A stretch of 64,000 nt of DNA from positions 868,001 to 932,000 of the forward strand of contig MU057521.1 of NCBI GenBank assembly GCA_013265495.1, written 5' to 3'. A program made the position numbers and the translations under genes. The notes under the pieces were generated by a model that worked only from the letters and a program-made list of their open reading frames with translations, was not told the origin of the DNA and searched no databases. Every line of letters starts with the position of its first letter. Position 1 is the first letter of the stretch. This DNA comes from Vicugna vicugna (Eukaryota). This document shows, piece after piece, positions 50,466 through 62,568 of the stretch.

Positions 50466-52254
50466 TCAGAAGCTGGGCACAAGAAACCCTCACAGCTCCA
50501 CTGGACTTTCTCTAAGTATGGAAACTGCTACTATGAGGAAATTATTTGTGGCTGATTAACTATAAATATTATTTTTAAATTCTAATCGGAAAAAAACAGA
50601 AACTGTATCCACCCACCAAATTCACCTCCGCCTTAAAGGGAAGGGTGGGAAATGAAGTCAGATGACTGAGGCGAAATGATTTCAGCTGACTTCAACTCAG
50701 GAACCGCAGCTGTCGGGAGCTCTTTAATTTATTCATTTATTGACTGTGAAAACCATGGCTAAATGTCTGAGGTGCAACTTCTCATCCAGAAAGTTCAATT
50801 ATATGGTGTGAAGTAAAGTGAAGCTGGGCTTTTTGTTGCGGGGATGATGGTGGGGGAAGCAAGTTTTAAATGGATTTTGGCAAGTCAGCAGAACTTGGGG
50901 AGTGAGACTCCCAGACTGAAAAACTATGAACACCACCGAGCTGTCACCTCAGATCTGGGGGATGAAGTGGCTCTTCTACTTTGAAGGCAATTTCAGGAGA
51001 CAGGAGAAATGAGAGTCCAGGAGTTCGACTCACCACAGAACTTGAGGTTTCACCATCCAGATAATGCAGGAAGATTTAACTGACGCTGAATATTTCACAA
51101 GTCTCATTTCAAAACCTAAGTGTGTTAAGGCCGGGATTCAGGGAAATGTCTCACCTCCCCTCCTCCATGCAAAGCAAGTTTAGAAGAGGTGGTTATTGGA
51201 AGTAAACCAGGCCACAGAGGGAAAGGAAAGCGGAAAATGCAGACTTTTGACAATATTCCATGCAGAGTAAGGCCTATCCAATGGGAAAAGCATTTGCAAC
51301 ATTTCTAGTAAACATGCCGCATCAGAAATCTCTGCTGCTTGCTGAATTCTTACGCCCTAAATCACCTCTGCGAAATTGTTTTCATCCCAGGTCACTGTTG
51401 AAAGATTAAATTCTGAGAAGAGGTTTCTCTTCTACATGAGTCATGTTAATTGGCCGGGTCTGAAAGTAGGGGGTGCGGGGTGCCTGCCCTGACCAGCAGC
51501 CTTATCTGTGGGGAGCAGCCTCCTGGGACAGCAGGCAGGGTTTGTTGTCTGCAGCATCGCTGGGTTTTGCCAGGGACGGGCTCTGCCACCTCCCAGCACG
51601 TTAACAGCATTACTCACCTTGGAAGTGCCACACGACCCTCGTTTTGTGGTTCCACTCCCTCACTTGCAGACCAAGCTTGGTTCTATTCGTTTTGGCCACA
51701 GATTATCCCCTCTGGGGGCTGCACACATTTTTTTTGGACTGAAAATGGCCTCTGTTTTCCTCAACAACTGCTCTCTCTCTCCTCGGGCATCTGCCCTTGG
51801 CCGTGCCTGCAGGGACAGGGTCGATGCCTGGCCTCTCTGCTGATTCAAAAGAGGTCCCCGGTTCTAGACTGCCTAAAGGAAATCCCTGTCTCAATTTTCT
51901 CCACCTGATTGAGCTTTTTACAAGATTTCAGAACACAAGTTTTGTGGATTTTATAATGAGAGAGTTGGATGTAAATTTCCACTCCATCATTTACTACTTA
52001 TTTCAATCAAGGTGTTGAAACCTCTCTAACCTTCAACATTTCTTTTCTATGAAATAGGGTGATCAGACATATCTCAAAGGACCACTGAAAGAATTTAATA
52101 AAATGACGTATATCAAAGGCCAAAAATAGCTTCATACATAAATGGTAGGTCAGTTTCCTTATCAGTCAAGGCCTAACAATTTATTGCCCATTTAGGCAAT
52201 TATTTGGAAGATTTTTGTTGTTTGTTGTCTGTTTTTTTGTTTTCTTTTCTTTTT

Positions 52255-53885
52255 AGTTGTTTAATTAAATGCCTCATGTATACACAAAAAATAGGCCTTT
52301 GGGTAAGGTATAAAGAATAGCAACATAGTAACCCACAAACCAGTTTAAGAAAAAGAGGGCTACCATTACAGGAAAGCACTTTAAATTCCTGCCCATCTCA
52401 GCCCCTCCCCCAGGTAGAATTATTTTTAATTTGGAGAACACTCTCTTGCTTTTTTGGTTTATAGTTTTAACTTCATATTTGTATTCCTATGCAATATACC
52501 TAAATTAGCATCTTAAAATTTTATATAAATGTAATCATGCTACAGGTATTCTTCTGAGATTTGCTTTTTTTCATTCAATATTACATGCCATCCAAATTGT
52601 TGTGTGTAATGCAATTCATGTCCTCTCCCTGCTTTATGGTATTCTATTACATGAATATGCCACAATTTATTTAACCATTCTACTGTCAGTGGAAATGCCA
52701 GTTTCCTCTAGTTTTTGCTATTACAGGTCTACTATAACCAATGTAACATGCGTTCCTGCTACACCCATGCTAGAGTTTCTCTAGGAAATATGCCTAGGAG
52801 TGGAATGACTAGGTTATTGGCTACGCACATTTTAAAATTTACTAAATAATGCCAGCTACCCTCTAGTGTAGTTACACTAATTTACATACCCACAAGCAGC
52901 ATGTAAGTGTTCGAGGTGTTTTATATACCCTCATCAAAATTTGATCTTTATCTTGTGGAAGAAATCCTTCCTCAAACCAAGGTCATAAAAATATTCTCCT
53001 ACTTTGTCTTCTAAAAAGTTTTATGGTTTTGCCTTTCACATGTTCAGTGTTTAAACCACCCGCAATGGGTTGTTATGTAGTGTGTGATAAGGGCTCAGCT
53101 TCATTATTTTTTGAGTGAATCACCAGCTGCCCTGGCATTGTTTAAAATAGTCAGTCCTTTACCCACTAATCAGCAGTGCCTAAAGTTTCTGTATATATCT
53201 GGGTCTGTCTCTGGGCACTTGATTCTGTTCCATGGATCAATTTGTCTTTCCAAAGTATGCCAATCATGATAATAATTCTTGTTATGCTTCTGGGAAAGCA
53301 AGGCACCAGCTGGTTCCTCAGCAGTCTCTTGGCTATTCTTGGTCTATTGCTCTTTGATACAAACTTTCAAATCAGCTCATCAAATTCAAACAAAATAAAA
53401 CAACCCAAAATCCATTGGTTTTATGTGGAATTCCATTGTCTGCTATACATTTGGGAAGAACTGACTTCTCTGCTAATTTTCTTCCCATCTATTAACACAG
53501 AATATTCTTCACTTACTGGCATCTTTGTAGAAGTGTTTCAATAAAGTTTAATAATTTTGGCCATTAAGACCTGGCTTTTTCTTTAAGAGTTTTCTTCTTG
53601 GGTACTTTCTATATTTTCAAAGTTATTGTAATATTGGTATCTTTTATTAAATTACATTTTCTAAATGCTTATGGCTGATGTATACAAATAGATTAATTTT
53701 TATATACTCATTTTGTATTAGGCAATGTTTCTAATTCTGATTAACTGTAAAAATGACTATAGATTGGGGGGTGCTATGTACATTATCATATCATCTAAAG
53801 ATATGAAAGATATAAAAAGAAAATTGTGTCTTGTCCAAATCTCACCATCTGACTAGGACCTTCATCATTGTCTTCCCTCTGCTCT
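52255..53885 (-). mobile_element. Old LINE-1 (L1ME-like), 3' UTR and ORF2 remnant
   Basis: TTTTATATAAATGTAATCAT..TTGCTTTTTTTCATTCAATATTA..GCCTAGGAGTGGAAT..TGGGTCTGTCTCTGGGCACTTGATTCTGTTCCAT. Confidence 0.8.
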
Positions 53886-53896
53886 TAAAGGGAATA

Positions 53897-54288
53897 CAGT
53901 CAAACCTCATTACTCATGGATTCCATATTTGCAAATTTCCCTGCTTGCTAAAACTTAACCATAAGGCCAAAAATCAATACAGCACTTCTGCAGTCATTTG
54001 CAGATGTGCACAGGTGCAGAGTGGAAAAAAATCTGAGTCGCCCCACCTGCAGGTTTCCAGCTGAGGGCGAACTAGGCAACCTCTGCCTTCATGTTGCAAC
54101 TCTCATGCTGGAAACACGTGTCCTTTTCGAGGTCTATTTAGTGTCACATTTTTGTGCTTTTTGTGATTCCACTGCTTCAAACTGCCCCAAAGGATAGAGC
54201 TGAAGTGCTGTCTCGTGTCTCTAAGAACAAGAAGGCTAGCGTGTGCCATAGGGAGAAAATACATGTGTTAGACGAGCTTCCTTCAGAC
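53897..54288 (+). mobile_element. TcMar-Tigger DNA transposon, MER82-like, one end only
   Basis: TA followed by CAGTCAAACCTCATTA.TCATGGATTCCATATTTGCAAATT..AAAATCAATAC..CCAGCTGAGG..GCTGAAGTGCTGTCT..AAGAAGGCT..GGAGAAAATACATGTGTTAGA. Confidence 0.8.
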
Positions 54289-54500
54289 TTGTTTTCTATT
54301 TCTGTATAAATCGTATTTTCCTAGGAATATGTCCATTTTGTTCAAGTTTTCAAATATGGTAGAATTTTTACTGTATTTTCTTACATTTTTAATCTGTGGG
54401 GCACCTCGGGTTAGGTCCCCGTTCATGTTTCTAGTATTTTATTGTGTTTGTGCTTTTTCTCTTTTTTATCCTCCATCAATGTGACAAGAGGCACTTGGAT
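54289..54500 (-). mobile_element. Old LINE-1 ORF2 fragment
   Basis: GTATTTTCCTAGGAATATGTCCATTTTGTTCAAGTTTTCAAAT. Confidence 0.65.
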
Positions 54501-54829
54501 CATCTAATGAAGGACCCAGGCACACAGGACGTACCAGAGAAGGAGCTCCTGCTTCCTTGGTGGATGTGCTGCACCCAACCTCAGCGTCCCAGAGGACCCT
54601 GAGCCCGCTTCCCCAGTGGCCGGAATCCGGCTTCTCAGAAGGTCACAGCTGCTAACAGCTGTTGTTCTTGGACCCCTACCCCATGCAGACTGCAGGTCCC
54701 TAAGTTCTCTGTTTACCATTCATGCAGCACTTTCTCACACTTGCAATTTACAAGACTGAAGAATAGCAGGTGTGGAGTGTCCCCATGTTGTGGCAAGTGC
54801 CCTCATTCACCCTGCCCTGTGCCACAAAT

Positions 54830-55066
54830 TTACTGAAGATTGAGGGACGGGGCTATGACCCGAGGCAGCAGGGAAGCCTCAAGTAGCTGCAAAAGGCTAG
54901 AAAACAGATCCTCCCCTAGAGCCTCCAGAAGGAACACAGCCCTGCTGACGGCTTGATTTTAGCTCATTTCGGACTCTGAGCTCCAGAACAGTAAGAGAAT
55001 AAACAGGAGCAGTTTGAAGCCACGGAGTCTGTGGCACTCTCACAGCAGCTGCAGAAAACAAACGCA
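54830..55066 (+). mobile_element. MaLR LTR 3' half, MLT1D-like
   Basis: AAAACAGATCCTCCCCTAGAGCCTCCAGAAGGAACACAGCCCTGCTGAC..TTGATTTTAGC. Confidence 0.88.
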
Positions 55067-55564
55067 TCGTCTTCCTAGTTGCTTTTCATTTTGCCCACCT
55101 TTTTCATGCTTTTCTTTACTTACTACTCTTCCTCTAGTTATGCCATTTTTCTCTCTATTGGTTTGGAAGTTCTATACTTACATTCTTTTAGGGGCCTAAA
55201 TTTATCTAAAGACTAGATTATTCATTATCCTTTAATGAGTAATATGAGGAACTTGAAACAATCATACGCCTATTACCTCCCTCCTGAATTGTGTGCTATT
55301 GACAAGCATTTTACTTCTATATTTTCAATTCCCAAAATCGAACATTATGATTTTTCCCTTCATTCGATTAATGATTGCTTGATCTATCCATTATTAACCA
55401 TTTGCTTATTATTCCTTATTGCACCTCATATGTTTCATGGAAGGTTACTTTCCTTCTAGCCAAAGTAAATCTTTTAGAACTTTCTTTAGTCAAGGATTGT
55501 TGTGGTAAGCTCAGCTTCGTTTTTCTGTCTTGAAATTTTTTGGCCTTTGTTCTATTTTTTTCTG

Positions 55565-56299
55565 TTTACAACTTTCTTAGGGTATTATTTAAGTACAATA
55601 AATTGCACATTTAAAATGTACACTTCAGTGAGTCTAAAGATGTGAAACCCTGTGAAACCACCATGCATAATCAAGATGCAGAACATTTTCATCACCTCAA
55701 AGGTTTTTCCATGCCCTTTGGCACTCTGTCTCCTTCCATCCCTGTCTCCAGGTAACCACTGATCTGTTTACCACAACCATAAATGAGTTTTCTTTTTCTA
55801 GAATTTTATATGAGTAGAATAGGACAGTAGTCATTTGGATCCAGCTTCTTTCACTCAGCGTAATTATTTTGAGATTGATTTATGCTACTGCATTTATCAA
55901 CAGTTATTCTATTTTATTACCAGTTGGTATTCAATGGTATGAATATGCTACAATTTGTTTATCTCTTCAATTGTTGAGCAACATTGCATTGTATCTAGTT
56001 TCTTTGGCTGTTATAAATATACTATGAACATTCATGTATGAGTCTTTGCATAAACATGTGTTTTCATTTCTGTTGGGTACAAACCTGAGGGTGAAATGAC
56101 TAGATGAATTATTTAACTGCTTAAGAACCGCCAAACTGTTTTCCAAAATACTTGTACTATTTTACATTCCTACCCGCAATTTCAGTTGTCCTACACTTTT
56201 GTCAACTTTAGTATTATCTTTTTTTTCAAGTTAAGCCATTCTAATAGATGTGCAGTGATAGCTCATTTTGATTTTAATTCACATTTCACGGATGACTAA
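55565..56299 (-). mobile_element. LINE-1 3' region, L1MB7/8-like
   Basis: ACAATAAATTGCACATTTAAAATGTACA..AATCAAGATGCAGAACATTTTCATCACC..CTTCTTTCACTCAGCGTAATTATTTTGAGAT. Confidence 0.88.
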
Positions 56300-56507
56300 T
56301 GTAGGCAGCTTCTAAGAGAGCCCTCAATGTTTTCCACCTCTGAGTATTCACACTCTTGAGTAATAAAGTGGGCTTAATGACTTTCTTCTAGTGAATAGAA
56401 TACTACAAAACTGACAGGCAATCACCTCTGCAAGGAGGTTACAAATAGACTGTGGCTTCTGTCTTGGGTTGCCCCCTCTCCCTCCCTCTTGAAAGCAAGC
56501 TACCATG
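56300..56507 (+). mobile_element. MaLR LTR 5' half, MLT1F/G-like
   Basis: TAGGCAGCTTCTAAGA..CCCTCAATG..GTATTCACACTCTTG..AGGTTACAAA.AGACTGTGGCTTCTGTCTTG. Confidence 0.75.
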
Positions 56508-56509
56508 GA

Positions 56510-57606
56510 AAATTGTCAAGCATTATCTTTTTATGTATTTCCCCTGTCCATTCATTTTTCACCTTCCTCTTTGGAATTCAATGAGTCGTTATGTTAGAAC
56601 TTAGTTAAAAGAAGTTAAGAAACGTGGGAGCTAGATTAATACGTTTTCAGTCTCTTTGTTCTGTGCTGCATTCTAGATTATCTGTCTTTCTTCTAGTTCA
56701 TTATTTCCCCTTCAGTTGTATTTACTCTGGTGTGAACTTACAGTGTTTTTAATTATGAGGACTTTCATTTCTAAATTCTTCTAGTACTTTTAATTTCTCG
56801 CTCTTTTCACACATTTTCAATCCATTCCTTTATTTCTTTAAACATTCAGCTAATTTATTTTCTGTGTCTGGTCTTTCTAACATCTGAGGTTGTGTATGTC
56901 ATTCTACTACCTGTTATTTCTGCTAGCTTGCATTTGCCGTGCTTTGTTTCCTTGTAATTTTGTAATTTTCCCCGTATACTCACATTCTTTAGAACTTTAT
57001 CTTTGGGAATTCTTTGAAGCCTGCATCGAAGACCGTTTTCTCCAGAGAGGATTTCTCTTTTTGCCAGATGAATCGTGGACTACTTTAACCCTTGCCTTAG
57101 GTTTTAGGAATTACCAAGTAATGCAAATTTTGGCAACAAGTATGTGTGAAGGTAGGCTTAAAATTTTGAATTCTCAAAGAAAAATTTGTTCTCCTTTTTC
57201 ACTCCAAGATTCAAAAGAGGTAGTTTACTTACAGCCCCTCTCTCACCACCACCCCCACCAACCCAGGTGTAAGTTTATTTCCGATTCATCACTGCCCTCA
57301 GCACGTAGTCTTGGAGTCTCAGCTTTATGTATGAGACCTCTAATTAAATGCTCCATGGGTGGACCCTGGCCTTTGTCAAATGTTACTGTCCCCACAAGGC
57401 TTTGAAAACCAAGTTCAAGTTTACTCAAAAGGAAAGGGGGATTCAGTGCTCCACCTACTTCTATAGGTTAAAATTTCCCCTTAGCTTTTGGTGTCTGAGT
57501 ATTCCTCCCTCTTACTAGCTCACTGATGCATTTGAAGATAATTTTTAAATAGTTTCAGAGGTAGAAGCAGTGTGCTATCAAGGCCAGCATACTGCCAGAA
57601 ATAGAA
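56510..57606 (-). mobile_element. Ancient L1/HAL1-like 5' region remnant
   Basis: T-rich decayed sequence (TTATGTTAGAACTT, TCTTTGTTCTGTGCTGCATTCTAGATT, TCTTTCTTCTAGTTCATT) typical of reverse ORF1-type regions. A similar stretch lies at 55070-55560. Confidence 0.55.
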
Positions 57607-57697
57607 ATGTTCCTTTAATTTTTGCAGGTTTCTAATGAAGCAGAATTAATTTTGACAGTGTTCAACCGTGTATCTGGTAAAGTGATTCACAGAGCTT

Positions 57698-58071
57698 TGC
57701 CCTAGTGGCTTCAGCCTGCTATAACAGAATACCATAGAATTGGTGGCCTAAACAACAGAAGATTATTTTTCATAGTCTGGGAGGCTGAGAAGTCCAAGAT
57801 CAAGGTAAAGGCAGCTCCCGTGTCTGGTGAGGGCCTGTTTCCTGGTTTGCAGGTGGCCATTTCTTTGCTGTGTCCTCCTTCACACGGCAGAAAGCAGAGA
57901 AAGATCACCTCTCTCACATCTCTTCCAATAAAAGCACTAATCCCATTCACGAGGGCGCCACCCTCATGACCTAATCATCTTCCTAAGGCCCCAACTCCTA
58001 ATACCATCACTCTGGGGATAAGGGCTTCAACGTATGGATCTGGGGAGAACATAAACATTTTGTTCATAGCA
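57698..58071 (-). mobile_element. MaLR solo LTR, MLT1A-like
   Basis: TGCTATAACAGAATACCATAGA..GCACTAATCCCATTCACGAGGG..CCCTCATGACCTAATCA..ACATT..TCATAGCA. Near-TSD AGCTT/GGCTT. Confidence 0.92.
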
Positions 58072-58949
58072 GGCTTATTGTTTTCTAGTGATCTTTGTAT
58101 GGTTTGATCTCAAGCAGCCGCACGTGCAGCTCTAAATCAGGAGGATGCAGAAGGTATAAGGGAGTTCGATTGTGCTTTCTTGTCATCTTGAGTAAACTAA
58201 GATGTCACTCCCATTCCTCAGCCTCACCCCACACCCATCCCCACGCAGAGGGACTATGAACGTCGTTTCAGATGCCCCAACAATGGATGGAAGGACTCTG
58301 AATCCCTTTTCTTTGCTAGAGATGAATTCATCCAGGAAAATATAAAAGATACTAGGCTAAACAACTTTAGACAGCTTTTCAAGAAACCCGGCTAACTAAA
58401 TCATCCTCGTAAAGCTCCTTTAGGGCACAGAATCATGGAGGTTTAGAGTTGGAGGTTGTTACCCCAACATCTCATTCAGTAGCTAGGGAAGTTGAGGTCC
58501 CAAAGCCTCAGCGGAGACTTAATCTGCACCTTGTACATTACCTACCTTGTAGGAAGCAACTGAGTTTAATTCAAGTGGCCTGAACCCCAGTCCTGTTCTC
58601 TTTCCACCCAGCCCCGCCGCAAATAACACTATTCATACAACCCAAGACTTTCTCTCTGAAACCATTGTGGGGACTCTGTAATACAAGCATCCCCCAGAGC
58701 AACTTCTTTCCATAACCTGGTAGGACCATAGAAATAGTATTAATTGATGACTTAGAGCGAATTTCACCTTCCATTTTAGCTCACATCTCTGATTTGGTCA
58801 CCCATAATTTTTATGTGCTATTTGTGTACTTTATAGCCCATAGAGAGCCTGTTGAATAATGCACACCATGCATTTATGACCGATCTACAGGCATTACCAC
58901 TTTAATTAATTGAAGAGGTTAATAGTTTTGTATATTTGATTTTATGATA

Positions 58950-59110
58950 CCTATTTTGCATATCCATTATTTATTTGATATTGCTTTCTGGATCAGAAAT
59001 GTAACCCCCAATTATAACATGGTTCCCATGGGAAAATATACCTTGCTTTATGACAGTCATTTTACGACAACAACGTCTAGAAATGAATTATGGTTTACAA
59101 ATAATTTGTA
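58950..59110. mobile_element. Possible Tigger-type DNA transposon end
   Basis: GTAACCCCCAATTATAACATGGTTCCCATGGGAAAAT resembles Tigger subterminal sequence. Family not resolved. Confidence 0.4.
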
Positions 59111-59633
59111 GCATCAAGTTTATGAGTAATGGGATCAGAACATGTGGCCTGTGTGCTATCATTTGAGGGGCAGTGTCAATAGAAGCAGGATCTTGACAAT
59201 TTTCCATGGGAAAACCAATATTTTGTGATAATTTGGTGGAGGAGAGGGGGCTCGTTGGGAATAAAGCTTTAAAAGTCACAGTACATATTATTTACTAGAA
59301 TGATACAAAATTGTCTCATCTCACTAATAAAGAATGCTGAATTTGTTCTTTTATAGCAGGCTGCCCGTCTCCTAGGGAATACAATTATTGCTAATTTTTT
59401 TTAAATGGGAAAACTGGAAAATTTTGCTCACTTACACGATTTACAAGGCAATATTAGAAAAAGAATAGTAATAGCTCAGGTGTGGATCTTAGAGAAGATA
59501 CATTAGAGATTTAAGATCTTGGAAAATGTAAACGAGTTAACATGGAAAAGGAGGCAACATGAAACTAAAGAGAATCATCATTTGTTCAAGGGAACTAAGG
59601 CAAATGTGGACTTAGCCTTAAATACTCAGAGGT

Positions 59634-59825
59634 TTGTATTTGATTTTACATCTTTTTGTTGTGTCCACAATCCTAGCAAAGATACCTGTTGCCATTTAAC
59701 AATAACAAATCATTAAACAAACACAGTGACCTTGTATTTGATTTTACATCTTTTTGTTGTGTCCACAATCCTAGCAAAGATACCTGTTGCCATTTAACAA
59801 TAACAAATCATTAAACACAGTGACC
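59634..59825. repeat. Direct tandem duplication, 98 bp + 94 bp
   Basis: 59634-59731 and 59732-59825 are identical except for one 4-bp AAAC indel. Confidence 0.97.
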
Positions 59826-60124
59826 TGTTTTGCTTAGTCAGTGCAAGGTCCTTAACATGCAGCATCGCTAGGGGTTACGGGTGAACTATGTTTCTTGAGA
59901 AGCAACTTAGCCTCCAATAGTGATAAGCTTAATTGGCAACTGGTCATCATTACAACATGAATGATTAAAACTCATTCTGACCATCTAATTATCACCAAAT
60001 CTGGTTATCACTGTTCCCCACATTCCTAAAACAAGTCATATATGACTTTCTCATTTCAACCTAGTTGATAGCTAACGTAACGCTATTACTAAGGTGGCCA
60101 TGTAGGTTCATCTGCTTCTTTGAG

Positions 60125-60197
60125 CTCATGAGCTGCCCAGTGATGGAGGTGTTCAATAAGGAGCTGGAGGATCTCTGGGGTCACTTTCAAGACTGTG
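60125..60197 (+). mobile_element. L3/CR1-like 3' fragment
   Basis: GAGCTGCCCAGTGATGGAGGTGTTCAATAAGGAGCTGGA resembles the CR1/L3 tail. Confidence 0.55.
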
Positions 60198-60359
60198 CTC
60201 CCCATTCCCTGAAGCAAAGGGTCCAGGACAAGAAGCTGGTGTCAGAGATGCTCAGTTGGCTGGAGACTGCAGGACACAAAGAGCAGTGAGAGCTGTGAAT
60301 TGACACTTCAAGTTGAAGCAAATTCAACCTGAAATTGCTGTTATCACCAGCAAGCCGTT

Positions 60360-60475
60360 CAGCCGTGTGGTATAAGGAGAAAAGCGTTGGTTCAAAAGTC
60401 AGGAGTGCTGCATTCAAACTCCAGCCCTGCCACCGAATAATTGTATGTTCTTAAGCAAGTTTCTCCATCTTTCCG
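60360..60475 (+). mobile_element. MIR 5' part
   Basis: GTGTGGTATAAGGAGAAAAGC..TTCAAACTCCAGCCCTGCCAC..CTTAAGCAAGTT. Confidence 0.7.
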
Positions 60476-60542
60476 GGAATGACATAGGGCTCAGTAGTTC
60501 TTTCCAGTCTCAGCCTTTTGCCTATTTATTGCCACTGAGATG

Positions 60543-60612
60543 AACATAAAAATGGTTAAAATGGTAATTGCTATATTAAGTGTATTTCACCACAATTTTT
60601 TAAAAGAAAAAA
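60543..60612 (+). mobile_element. Very short L1 3' terminus
   Basis: AAAAATGGTTAAAATGGTAA..TATATTAAGTGTATTTCACCACAATTTTTTAAAA. Confidence 0.75.
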
Positions 60613-60619
60613 TTAGTCC

Positions 60620-61455
60620 AAGATTCTGAATCCCATCATCTCAGCCTTCTCAGGAGCTTCACTCCATTCATCATCCTGTCTCTTTCTCTTTCATGGACCT
60701 TCAAGCCGTCTTTCCCTCCTCAGCAAATCCCATCTCTTTCCAGCCAATATTCTCCAAATAATTTTCTATACTTTGTAGAATCGATTTTTTCACTTCCCAA
60801 CCACTACTTTCAGACTGGCAAGCTCTCCACTCAATCAACAATCATCCCTTCTAAAATGCAACGCATACATTTTCATTCTTACCTGGCTGGACCACTGAGC
60901 AGCAGTTTATCCTATCAACTTCCTCCTCCTCCTTTAAATGGTCTCCACCCCTCTACTGTCACACCAGACCCCCATTTGTCTGCTACCTTAAGGTCTCACT
61001 CCCTTCTCCCCTCTTCAGGCTCCTGGTGGCTATTCTTCGGTGCACGTGTGCTGGACCCCTGCCCCCAACCCCCAGTTCTGTCCTGAGTTCTCTTTTATTC
61101 TCATGCCACACACTTTCTTAGTGGCTGTATCCACTCGTTGGCCTTTACCATCATGATGCCTGAGCCCACATCCACAGTAGAGATCTCACTCTGGAACTTT
61201 GCACCCATACTTCCTGGCCCCCTGGACCTCTCCACTTGGATGAACCACATACATTTCAAACTCAGCATGTTTCAATTTGAACTCATTTTGACCCCTCCCC
61301 ACCACACTTATAAACAACTCCTCCTCCAATATGCCATTGGTTGAAATGGCAGAATTACCATTAAATATCCAGCCAGAAATTCATGTCACCTTTTACTTTC
61401 CCTCTCTTTCATGCCTATTTCTCATCAGTCATAATCAGGTTCATTTTACCTATTT
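60620..61455 (+). mobile_element. L2 LINE fragment
   Basis: CCCCTGGACCTCTCCACTTGGATG..CATTTCAAACTCAGCATGTTTCAA.TTGAACTCAT in a pyrimidine-rich context. Confidence 0.75.
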
Positions 61456-62135
61456 GGGGAAATTGGAAAATACTCAGATAGGCCAGTTCCCCTGAGAAGT
61501 AACTTTATAACGTTCTGCCCATCTGGGAGGTCGCTGATAAGTTTAATAGTGTGTCAAAAGGAAGTGTTTTACTGGTGGTCTGATCTGTGCATTTGGAAAA
61601 AAAGGATTTGAATATTCAAATGAGTTGACAATAAACGTTGGTAATAAATGTTTCGGACTGATGTAGTAATCCTGGTGTTGTATACGCTCTTTAAAGCCTG
61701 CTTTTGAAGCATTTGAATTGTATTTGTTGTAAAACTGTGTATTCAACATCAGCAAATGTGATAAGTTACTTCTAGAAGCCCCAGGAACGATGTCTGCTGT
61801 TAGATGATAAGGCATCAGTTTTAATGCCCCAAAGCCCTGTGAAGTAGCAAGGAGGCAGTCAGCTGGAGTTTGCCTGGAAGAGCTGGTTAAGGAGACCTTG
61901 TCTCCTCCTCCAAAGCCTTCCGGAGGCTGATCTAGATTTTCAGAGCCCCTTCAAAGCTGAAACACTTGGCTCACTCACTTCCTGTGGGAAGATGCATGAC
62001 CCTACCTGCTAAGACCGAACTACCCACACTGCTTGGAGGGAAGATGGCATGTGGTGGGAGGGTGGCAATACAATTCATGAAACAGCACTGCTGACTATTG
62101 AATTATCTGTGCTGTGACTGAAACCTCTTAAAAGG

Positions 62136-62568
62136 TGGTGTTGGTTGAATTGTGTCCTCCAAAAAAGATGTGTTCCCAGGAGTCATTCCTGTGAATGTGA
62201 CCTGATTTGGAAACAGGTCTTCGAAGATGTTACCAAGTTAAGATGAGGCCACTGGATTACGTTCTAATCCAAGGACTGGTGTCCTAATAAGAAGAGAGAG
62301 ATTTGGACACAGACACAGGGAAGAAGGCCACATGAAGACAGAGGCAGAGGTTGGAGTGATGCAGCTACAGGTCAACGAACGAACAGTGAGGGTTGCCGGC
62401 AGCCATCAAAAGCTCGGAGGGCAACATGGAACAGACTCTTCCCTGAAACCTCCTAGAGTGTCTTGATTTCAGACTTCCAGCCTCCAGAACAGTGAGAGCA
62501 TGATTTTCTGTTGTTTTAAGCCCCCAATTTGTGGTACTTTGTGACAGAAGGCTTAGGAAATGAAAACA
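62136..62568 (+). mobile_element. MaLR solo LTR, MLT1C-like
   Basis: GGTTGAATTGTGTCC..GAATGTGACCTGATTTGGAAA..GAAGACAGAGGCAGAGGTTGGAGTGATGCAGCTAC..GACTTCCAGCCTCCAGAAC..TAGGAAATGAAAACA. Confidence 0.92.

Noticed and set aside
59634..59825. CRISPR-like or satellite array
   Set aside because: Only two directly abutting copies with no spacers, in mammalian DNA.
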